DNA from: an uncultured Paludibacter sp. | GTDB taxonomy: Bacteria > Bacteroidota > Bacteroidia > Bacteroidales > Paludibacteraceae | NCBI GenBank assembly: GCA_964655615.1 | Contig: CAZZPZ010000001.1 | Coordinates: forward strand, 97,406-161,405 | DNA: 64,000 bases | Reading direction: 5' to 3' | Part shown: positions 28,036 to 35,626 of the stretch, one piece after another | Numbering within the stretch: position 1 is the stretch's first letter | How the letters are laid out: the number at the start of each line of letters is the position of its first letter | Made by a program: the position numbers and the translations under genes | Notes under the pieces: model-generated | The model's database searches: none | What the model was told of the DNA's origin: nothing | The model's input: the letters and a program-made list of their open reading frames with translations, nothing else

Positions 28036-28522
28036 TAAAAAACAACAATGGAATTATCGAGCTTTCAACTCCTGCTGCATATGGTTCATCTGGTAGTATA
28101 GGAATTTTATTAATCATTGAATTATTTTTTAAATATGAACCTGACTCTTTGATACTCCAAATGGTTGTCTTAAACAATTGAGATTTAAGCCTTCCCAAAT
28201 CAAGTTCATGGTTTAATAATTTACTCTTGTATATTTGTAATTTAGTTGAGAATTGCGCATACACTTTACCATAAGTTTTTGAATTCAATTCATGATTGAA
28301 AATTTGAGAACTTAATGTTATTTCCTTTACATCATATGATCTAATTTCAGGACTCATTTTATTCTTTTTCAATTCTATATCAAGTTTATAACTATCCATT
28401 GGAACGAATTTTGGATATACTCTTTCATTCTCATTCTCATAAATTTGGATAAGTAAAAGTGGTGAAAATACCACTACAACTGTAAAAAACAGTGCTAACA
28501 TAGCTGTAAATTTATTTTTCAT
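27992..28522 (-). CDS. Hypothetical membrane-anchored protein with a PID-CTERM-like C-terminus
   Basis: 176 aa with a hydrophobic N-terminus and tail PILPDEPYAAGVESSIIPLLFFTIAYSLIKILK. Starts 11 nt after the T9SS gene; its 3' end overlaps the convergent acyltransferase by 44 bp. Confidence 0.6.
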   Translation of the reverse strand: MKNKFTAMLALFFTVVVVFSPLLLIQIYENENERVYPKFVPMDSYKLDIELKKNKMSPEIRSYDVKEITLSSQIFNHELNSKTYGKVYAQFSTKLQIYKSKLLNHELDLGRLKSQLFKTTIWSIKESGSYLKNNSMINKIPILPDEPYAAGVESSIIPLLFFTIAYSLIKILKFFS

Positions 28523-28533
28523 AGGAAGAAGGT

Positions 28534-31368
28534 TTAGAGTAAAATTTTAAAGAATTCCGATTTGTTGTTTGAACTTATATGTAGCAAATAAATCCCTTTC
28601 TGCCAATTCCAATGTTCAAATATTCTATTTGAATTTATCAACTTTAAAATTTGTTTACCAGTGAGATCGTATATCACCATTTCAAAAGATCCATTTAAGC
28701 TTTTATTTTTTAAAATCTCATTCAATTGATGATAATTTAAACACTCAATTTCTCTATTGTCAGTAGTATTTGAGAAACCAATATAACCTTCAAATAGCTC
28801 ATCAGAATTGTAATTATTGAATGTTTCCAAACTTAAATCAGCTATTATCTGGAATGAAGAATTGAGTAACCAAACATGATTAAGTAAAGTCCCTTTTTGT
28901 GTAAGTTCCAGCGTTTTGTTTTTGAAATTCTTTATCTTTAAAGGAATTGGTAACAGGTTAAAAGGCAGGAAATTAAAGCTAAAATCTACACCTTTCAGTG
29001 AAGTATATATTTGTGCATTTAACAAGCTCGTACCAAATAATTTATACGCATCTTTACCAATTTCAAATTCCTCATTAGCATCGATGCTGAAATAAATTCT
29101 GGTATTATCCTCGTATCTATTTTTAAAGTCCTTAATTTTAAGAATTAATTGTGTTGAATTTGAGATGTCATTCACAGGAGTTTTATTTAGGTCCGGATAA
29201 TTTTTAATATACTGAAGATTCTCATCTGAATAATTCTGAAACATAAAAGCCTCCAATGGATCTAATATTTTCTCATCACAGAATGCTGAAGTGTGATAAT
29301 TTTCACCATCGAAGAAATATAATGGTGCATGAAAAGGCAGAACTGATTTTAGGTCAATTTTGCACAAATACGGATTACCAAAAAAATTCCAGGATTGATT
29401 AAAATAATCTGCATCATAAGTGTAATTGAATTTATTCAATGAAATTGTGTCTGAGACAATCAATTTTTCACCTTTATCAGATATAAATCTAAATTCTGAG
29501 GTGTCGTCGACAGCTATAATATATCCACAATTAGCCTGCAACACCTCCTCATCAAGATCTTTCCAATTTCCTGTAGATGTATTTAAATAGGCCCTTCTAA
29601 AATTATCATATTTAGCTACATATATATCCGCTTTAATTTCTGGAGTACTTGGATTACCCCAGACTACTTTTATCCACTGATTTTGATCATATTTTTGAAT
29701 TTCAACGATATTGTACGGGAAACTAATGAATTTCCAATTATTTGGATATAGTTCGATTTCTGTGATTATACTGCTAGTTGGTGTCAAGTTAATGATTCCG
29801 TCAGTTTTGAAATTCATTTTACGATCAAAATTCATGATTAAATCCTTTCGTACTATCAAAGAATCCATTTTTTTTAAATGTATTTCTTGTTCTCCCTGCA
29901 ACGTAATTGAATTGCAAGAGATAGTCTGATTAAATTCAGGCGCATAAAAAATTGGAGAAATTACATAGTTCACATCATTTCCAGAGGCGAACCCACCAAT
30001 CCAATTCAATTTATTGTTCCAAATTGAGTTGTATTTACCCTCCCATCTTTTTTCTGTATTTTCAAATGCTCCAACATCCACTATCTCATCTCTATAAGTA
30101 CCGGAAGCATCGTATTTTTGTAGAACAAGAGTATCGGAATTTGTATAATAATTTAAAATTGAATTACTGAAGCCTGAATCAGACAGCTTGCTGCTTGGAT
30201 TGAATTTAAGAACAGGAACTGAAAAGTCGTTTTTAGTGCTAAGCTTATTATCGAGTTGCAATAGATTTAAATCATTTACAAGTACATTACCTTTGATGAG
30301 TGAAAGGATGGAATCTGTAGTAGCTAGGTAAAGTGTGTCAATATAGTTAGCCCCTTCATCTAAAAAAATCATATTTGCATATCTTATACCTGTTTTTTCA
30401 TTATCAGCCATGCATAAATTGTCTACCAGTAAGTTATTTCGAAGCGATATTTTTTTTCCGTGTGTGTCGTTGCCATTACATGTAATTATACCTGTATCTA
30501 TATTTTTATTGAGGATTAGGTTTTTCACACAGCTGTTGTTGATTAAGTATGAAAATTTTGTCGGATAACGAATCTGTAGTATATTGCTACCCCCAATATT
30601 TTCATAGAAAGTACAATTTTCCAATTGAAAACTAGCCGCAATCGTATAAATAGCACCGCCAAAATATTGGCATTTATTTTTATGAAATGTAGAATTTTCG
30701 ATCTTTACCACACCATACATAGAAAACAAAGCTCCTGAATTACCTATGGTTGTACTATTTCCAACACCAGTATTTTCGGCAGTATTCTCATAAAAATAGC
30801 AATGATTAATGGTTATATTATTATAAAGGTTAGCATAAATACCCCCACCAACGGCATTTAAATTATCTGCCCATATATGATTTTGAATAAAATTACATGA
30901 ATCCACATAGATTGATGCATAATCATACATATAAATACCTGCACCTCGGTTTCCACAGTTGTGAAGATAACCATTTTGAATACATATATTTTTTAAATGC
31001 AGTTGTATATACTTATTGATGGTAAAAATACAGGATTCAAATCCATTAGGAATTGAATCAGATTCAAAGATGGTTTTTTGGGAGGGATTAGCACCAATTA
31101 TATAAATAGATTTATCAATTACTATCCCTTTTTTACTCACATAATTAATTTCGGATAGACTACTCCAAGTAAACTTACCTTCACAGAAAATGGTATCGCC
31201 ACTTTGTATTTGATTGTATGCTTTAGAAAATGTTTTGAATGAGTTGATCGGATCAAATCCTAAAAAATCATCATTACCTCTAAAAGAACTTAAAAAAACA
31301 GTTTTAGAGTTGAGATTTGTACACAAGGATAGAAGGATGAGAATATACATCCACATTAGTTTGTTCAT
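28534..31368 (-). CDS. T9SS-secreted protein with an N-terminal beta-helix-like (pectin lyase-fold) region
   Basis: Signal peptide; Asn/Gly-rich GGGI/GGAIY-type repeats with F..N turns; DASGTYRDEIVDVGAFE (choice-of-anchor-Q-like); WEG...W...NW motif; C-terminal IYDLTGK...KGIYLL...KILL CTD. Confidence 0.72.
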   Translation of the reverse strand: MNKLMWMYILILLSLCTNLNSKTVFLSSFRGNDDFLGFDPINSFKTFSKAYNQIQSGDTIFCEGKFTWSSLSEINYVSKKGIVIDKSIYIIGANPSQKTIFESDSIPNGFESCIFTINKYIQLHLKNICIQNGYLHNCGNRGAGIYMYDYASIYVDSCNFIQNHIWADNLNAVGGGIYANLYNNITINHCYFYENTAENTGVGNSTTIGNSGALFSMYGVVKIENSTFHKNKCQYFGGAIYTIAASFQLENCTFYENIGGSNILQIRYPTKFSYLINNSCVKNLILNKNIDTGIITCNGNDTHGKKISLRNNLLVDNLCMADNEKTGIRYANMIFLDEGANYIDTLYLATTDSILSLIKGNVLVNDLNLLQLDNKLSTKNDFSVPVLKFNPSSKLSDSGFSNSILNYYTNSDTLVLQKYDASGTYRDEIVDVGAFENTEKRWEGKYNSIWNNKLNWIGGFASGNDVNYVISPIFYAPEFNQTISCNSITLQGEQEIHLKKMDSLIVRKDLIMNFDRKMNFKTDGIINLTPTSSIITEIELYPNNWKFISFPYNIVEIQKYDQNQWIKVVWGNPSTPEIKADIYVAKYDNFRRAYLNTSTGNWKDLDEEVLQANCGYIIAVDDTSEFRFISDKGEKLIVSDTISLNKFNYTYDADYFNQSWNFFGNPYLCKIDLKSVLPFHAPLYFFDGENYHTSAFCDEKILDPLEAFMFQNYSDENLQYIKNYPDLNKTPVNDISNSTQLILKIKDFKNRYEDNTRIYFSIDANEEFEIGKDAYKLFGTSLLNAQIYTSLKGVDFSFNFLPFNLLPIPLKIKNFKNKTLELTQKGTLLNHVWLLNSSFQIIADLSLETFNNYNSDELFEGYIGFSNTTDNREIECLNYHQLNEILKNKSLNGSFEMVIYDLTGKQILKLINSNRIFEHWNWQKGIYLLHISSNNKSEFFKILL

Positions 31369-31422
31369 AATTTTTATAGTTTAGGTTATTAAAAATCAGA
31401 TACTTAACTAAATGTAGATCAA

Positions 31423-31445
31423 CAAACAAGTCTAGCACTTGTTTG
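31423..31445. promoter_or_regulatory. Inverted repeat CAAACAAGT-CTAGC-ACTTGTTTG at the predicted 5' end of the T9SS gene transcript
   Basis: 9-bp arms with a 5-nt loop, directly downstream of the minus-strand promoter box. Confidence 0.45.
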
Positions 31446-31450
31446 CATCA

Positions 31451-31458
31451 CAAATATA
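31451..31458 (-). promoter_or_regulatory. -7 promoter box (TATATTTG) for the T9SS gene
   Basis: Plus-strand CAAATATA. Confidence 0.55.
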
Positions 31459-31511
31459 AAAAAAGTAATTAAAAAATAGCACATATAATTTTAATATGAG
31501 CAAAATATTTT

Positions 31512-31519
31512 TATTTTTG
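31512..31519 (+). promoter_or_regulatory. -7 promoter box (TATTTTTG) for ppdK
   Basis: TAnnTTTG ending 36 nt before ATG 31556. Confidence 0.6.
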
Positions 31520-31555
31520 CAAACATTAAATCTAAAAATCAATAATCTATTATTT

Positions 31556-34288
31556 ATGAGTAACACAAAAAGAGTCTACACCTTCGGGAATGGAAAAGCC
31601 GAAGGGAAGGCAGATATGAAAAACCTATTGGGAGGTAAAGGAGCAAATTTAGCTGAGATGAACCTTATTGGAGTTCCAGTTCCTCCAGGATTCACAATTA
31701 CAACTGATACCTGTAATGAGTATTATGAATTAGGTAAAAATGAAGTAGTTGCACTTTTGAAACCTGAAGTAGAAAAAGCAATAGCCGGCGTTGAGATATT
31801 GATGAACTCCAAATTTGGAGACATAGAAAATCCCCTCTTAGTATCTGTACGTTCAGGAGCCAGAGCATCCATGCCTGGCATGATGGATACAATTTTAAAT
31901 TTAGGATTGAATGATGCTGTAGTTGAAGGATTAACACGAAAAACAGGTAATCCTCGATTTGCATGGGATTCATATCGTCGTTTCGTACAAATGTATGGGG
32001 ATGTAGTTTTAGGTATGAAGCCTGTGAATAAAAATGACATTGACCCTTTCGAAGCAATCATTGAAGAAATGAAAGAAAGCAGGGGTGTTCATTTGGATAC
32101 TGAGTTATCAGTTGAAGATTTGAAAGAACTTGTAGCTAAATTTAAAGCAGCAGTAAAAGCACAAACAGGTCATGATTTCCCTGAATCAGCTTACGAACAA
32201 TTATGGGGTGCTGTATGCTCTGTATTTGATTCTTGGATGAATGACAGAGCAATCCTTTATAGAAAAATGGAAGGCATACCTGCAGAATGGGGAACAGCAG
32301 TTAATGTGCAAGCAATGGTATTTGGAAATATGGGAAGCACTTCAGCAACCGGTGTATGTTTCAGTCGTGATGCTGCAACTGGAGAAGATCTTTTTGTAGG
32401 CGAATATTTAATTAATGCACAAGGAGAAGATGTTGTAGCAGGTATACGTACTCCACAACAAATCACCAAAGAAGGATCAATTCGTTGGGCAGTTTTAGCT
32501 GAAGTACCTGAAGATGTAAGAGCATCTAAATATCCATCAATGGAAGAAGCCATGCCATCCATTTATGCTGAATTGGATGCATTACAAACTAAATTGGAAC
32601 AACATTACAAAGATATGCAAGATATGGAATTTACTGTACAAGAAGGTAAATTGTGGTTCTTGCAAACCCGAAATGGAAAACGAACTGGTGCAGCTATGGT
32701 AAAAATTGCCATGGACATGTATCGTCAAGGAATGATAGATGAAAAAACAGCTGTTTTACGCATTGATGCATTGAAACTAGACGAATTGTTACATCCTGTT
32801 TTTGATAAATCAGCTATAAAAAATGCACAAATTATTGCAAAGGGATTGGCTGCTTCACCTGGTGCTGCAACTGGTAAAATTGTATTTAATGCAGATGATG
32901 CTTCGGAATGGGCACAGGCTGGTGAAAAAGTAATTATGGTTCGTGTTGAAACTTCCCCTGAAGACTTAGCAGGTATGGCTGCAGCTGAAGGTATACTAAC
33001 AGCAAGAGGTGGTATGACTTCTCATGCTGCTGTTGTAGCTCGTGGTATGGGTAAATGTTGTGTGTCAGGAGCAGGAGCTTTGAAGATTGATTACAATACC
33101 AAGCAAATGGAAGTTGATGGATTGATTTTGAAAGAAGGTGATTATATTTCATTAAATGGATCAACAGGAGAAATTTTCTTAGGACAAGTTGCAACTCAAG
33201 AAGCAGAGCTCGATTCCGATTTTGGCGAAATTATGGTGTTATCTGATAAATTCACCAAAATGGCTGTAAGAACAAATGCTGATACTCCACATGATGCATT
33301 AGTTGCACGTAAATTTGGAGCAACTGGAATAGGCCTATGTCGTACAGAGCATATGTTTTTTGAAGGTGATAAAATCAAAGCAATGCGTGAAATGATTTTA
33401 GCAAAAGATGCTGATGGTAGACGTGTAGCTTTAGCAAAAATATTACCATATCAACAAGATGATTTTGAAGGAATATTTGAAGCAATGCAAGGATATCCAG
33501 TGACTGTTCGTTTATTGGATCCACCTTTACATGAATTTGTTCCTCATGATGAAAAAGGTCAGCAAGAAATGGCTGACGCCATGAATGTGACCTTAAAATC
33601 AATTCAAGACCGTGTTTCATCCCTTCATGAACAAAACCCAATGTTAGGTCATCGTGGTTGTCGTTTAGGTAATACTTTCCCGGAAATCACAGAGATGCAA
33701 ACAAAAGCAATTTTGGGAGCTGCATTGAACTTGAAGAAAAAAGGAATAGTTGCAATACCAGAAATTATGGTTCCTCTAGTAGGTATTTTATATGAATTCC
33801 AAGAACAAGAAAAAGTCATTCGTGAAACTGCTGCAGCTTTGTTTGAAGCTACAGGTGACTCGATTGATTTTAAAGTTGGAACCATGATTGAAATACCTCG
33901 TGCTGCACTAACTGCTGATAAAATTGCAGCTAAAGCTGAGTTTTTCTCTTTTGGCACCAACGATTTAACTCAAATGACTTTTGGTTATTCACGCGACGAC
34001 ATTGCTACTTTCTTACCTATTTATTTGGAAAAGAAAATTCTGAAAGCAGATCCATTCCAAGTTTTGGATAGAAATGGAGTTGGTCAATTGGTAAGAATGG
34101 CAACTCAAAAAGGTCGTCAGGTTAGACCAGAATTAAAAGTTGGTATTTGTGGTGAACATGGTGGTGAACCATCTTCTGTTGAATATTGTCATATGGTAGG
34201 ATTAAACTATGTTAGTTGCTCTCCCTTCCGTGTTCCAATTGCAAGATTATCTGCAGCTCAAGCAGCTTTGAAACATCCAGCAAATTGA
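31556..34288 (+). CDS. ppdK: Pyruvate, phosphate dikinase
   Basis: LLGGKGANLAEM, LVSVRSGA, the GGMTSHAAVVARG phospho-His motif, FSFGTNDLTQ and GICGEHGG. Start moved from 31496 to ATG 31556. Confidence 0.99.
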   Translation: MSNTKRVYTFGNGKAEGKADMKNLLGGKGANLAEMNLIGVPVPPGFTITTDTCNEYYELGKNEVVALLKPEVEKAIAGVEILMNSKFGDIENPLLVSVRSGARASMPGMMDTILNLGLNDAVVEGLTRKTGNPRFAWDSYRRFVQMYGDVVLGMKPVNKNDIDPFEAIIEEMKESRGVHLDTELSVEDLKELVAKFKAAVKAQTGHDFPESAYEQLWGAVCSVFDSWMNDRAILYRKMEGIPAEWGTAVNVQAMVFGNMGSTSATGVCFSRDAATGEDLFVGEYLINAQGEDVVAGIRTPQQITKEGSIRWAVLAEVPEDVRASKYPSMEEAMPSIYAELDALQTKLEQHYKDMQDMEFTVQEGKLWFLQTRNGKRTGAAMVKIAMDMYRQGMIDEKTAVLRIDALKLDELLHPVFDKSAIKNAQIIAKGLAASPGAATGKIVFNADDASEWAQAGEKVIMVRVETSPEDLAGMAAAEGILTARGGMTSHAAVVARGMGKCCVSGAGALKIDYNTKQMEVDGLILKEGDYISLNGSTGEIFLGQVATQEAELDSDFGEIMVLSDKFTKMAVRTNADTPHDALVARKFGATGIGLCRTEHMFFEGDKIKAMREMILAKDADGRRVALAKILPYQQDDFEGIFEAMQGYPVTVRLLDPPLHEFVPHDEKGQQEMADAMNVTLKSIQDRVSSLHEQNPMLGHRGCRLGNTFPEITEMQTKAILGAALNLKKKGIVAIPEIMVPLVGILYEFQEQEKVIRETAAALFEATGDSIDFKVGTMIEIPRAALTADKIAAKAEFFSFGTNDLTQMTFGYSRDDIATFLPIYLEKKILKADPFQVLDRNGVGQLVRMATQKGRQVRPELKVGICGEHGGEPSSVEYCHMVGLNYVSCSPFRVPIARLSAAQAALKHPAN

Positions 34289-34306
34289 TTGTTTGAAGAT
34301 TTTAAG

Positions 34307-34337
34307 AGGTGAAAGTTTTTTCTTTCACCTTTTTTTT
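34307..34337 (+). terminator. Intrinsic terminator after ppdK
   Basis: AGGTGAAAG / CTTTCACCT stem followed by a T run. Confidence 0.88.
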
Positions 34338-34356
34338 GTTAAAAAGACTAATTTTG

Positions 34357-34397
34357 TAATCTCTACTTTGCAATTTAAGAGATTATTTGTATTTTTG
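34357..34397 (+). promoter_or_regulatory. Promoter (TTTG-N19-TATTTTTG) with an overlapping inverted repeat TAATCTCT-N13-AGAGATTA
   Basis: -33 TTTG at 34367-34370 and -7 box at 34390-34397. IR arms at 34357-34364 and 34378-34385. A second TAATTTTG box lies at 34349-34356. Confidence 0.6.
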
Positions 34398-34418
34398 TGG
34401 CTATTAAATTAGCCCGAT

Positions 34419-35603
34419 ATGGATAAACTTGAGTCGTTTTATATCACTCATAATTATTTAGTTAAAAAAGTTCAATCGCCAGTAAGAAGGCAATTGTCTG
34501 ATGAAATAGACTGGAACGACCGTCTTATCGGGATTAAAGGCAGTAGAGGTGTTGGAAAGACAACATTCTTATTGCAATATGCAAAAGATAATTTCGGGAC
34601 AGATAGGAGATGTTTGTATGTGAATTTCAATAATTTTTATTTCACTGTTCACACATTAGTAGAATTTGCTCAGAAATTTTACGATCAGGGAGGAAGAGTT
34701 CTCTTATTGGATCAAACTTTTAAATATGAAAACTGGTCAAGTGAAATCAGGGAATGTTATTTTCAATTTCCAGAGCTTAAAATTGTATTTTCAGGATCAT
34801 CAGTGATGCGACTGATAGAAGACAATGAAGATTTAAAAGACATTGTAAAAGTCTATAATTTAAGAGGATTTTCCTTCAGAGAATTCTTAAATCTAAAATT
34901 AAATCTTCAGTTGCCTTCCTATAGTTTACAAGAACTTATTGATAATAATTTAGACATTGCAAGAGAAATTCAATTAAATTTCAATCCCTTGGATTATTTT
35001 GATGATTATCTTAAACACGGTTATTATCCATTTTTTTTGGAAAACAGAAATTTTTCTGAAAATTTACTTAAAACATTGAACATGATGTTGGAGGTAGACA
35101 TTTTATTAATCAAGCAAATTGATTTAAAATATTTATCCAAAATCAGAAAATTGGTTTATTTAATTTTAGCTAATTCACCAGGACCAGCAAATGTAAGTCA
35201 GTTGAGCGTTGAGATTCAAACCTCAAGAGCTACAATAATGAATTACATCAAGTATTTAAAAGATGCTCGGATATTAAATTTACTTTACCAAGAGGGTGAG
35301 GATTTTTCAAAAAAACCGAAGCAAATTTACGTACATAATACTAATTTGATGCATGCAGTATACCCTGAATTGGACAACAAAGAAGCAGAACATAAGACCT
35401 TCTTATATAATTCTTTGCATTCTAAACACAAGGTAAATTTAAGCAAATATCACAACGATTTTTGTGTTGATTATGAATTACATATCAAGTACGACAACAA
35501 ATCACACAATCGTCATGGATCAAAAACATATTATGCAGTAGATTATTTAGAAACAGAAAATAAACATGAAATACCCTTGTGGTTATTCGGATTTTTATAT
35601 TAA
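34419..35603 (+). CDS. AAA+ ATPase (AAA_14/DUF4143-like) with HTH and a degenerate Walker B
   Basis: Walker A GSRGVGKT, Walker B LLLDQ, FSGSS, GFSFREFL, YLKHGYYP and the HTH-like segment NVSQLSVEIQTSRATIMNYIKYL. Confidence 0.85.
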   Translation: MDKLESFYITHNYLVKKVQSPVRRQLSDEIDWNDRLIGIKGSRGVGKTTFLLQYAKDNFGTDRRCLYVNFNNFYFTVHTLVEFAQKFYDQGGRVLLLDQTFKYENWSSEIRECYFQFPELKIVFSGSSVMRLIEDNEDLKDIVKVYNLRGFSFREFLNLKLNLQLPSYSLQELIDNNLDIAREIQLNFNPLDYFDDYLKHGYYPFFLENRNFSENLLKTLNMMLEVDILLIKQIDLKYLSKIRKLVYLILANSPGPANVSQLSVEIQTSRATIMNYIKYLKDARILNLLYQEGEDFSKKPKQIYVHNTNLMHAVYPELDNKEAEHKTFLYNSLHSKHKVNLSKYHNDFCVDYELHIKYDNKSHNRHGSKTYYAVDYLETENKHEIPLWLFGFLY

Positions 35604-35626
35604 TAAAATTCAAACAAAACTATATT

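Noticed and set aside
34419-35603. AAA+ ATPase as a defence or abortive-infection system
   Set aside because: No partner nuclease or toxin, housekeeping context, and degenerate catalytic motifs. It is kept as a regulator hypothesis instead.
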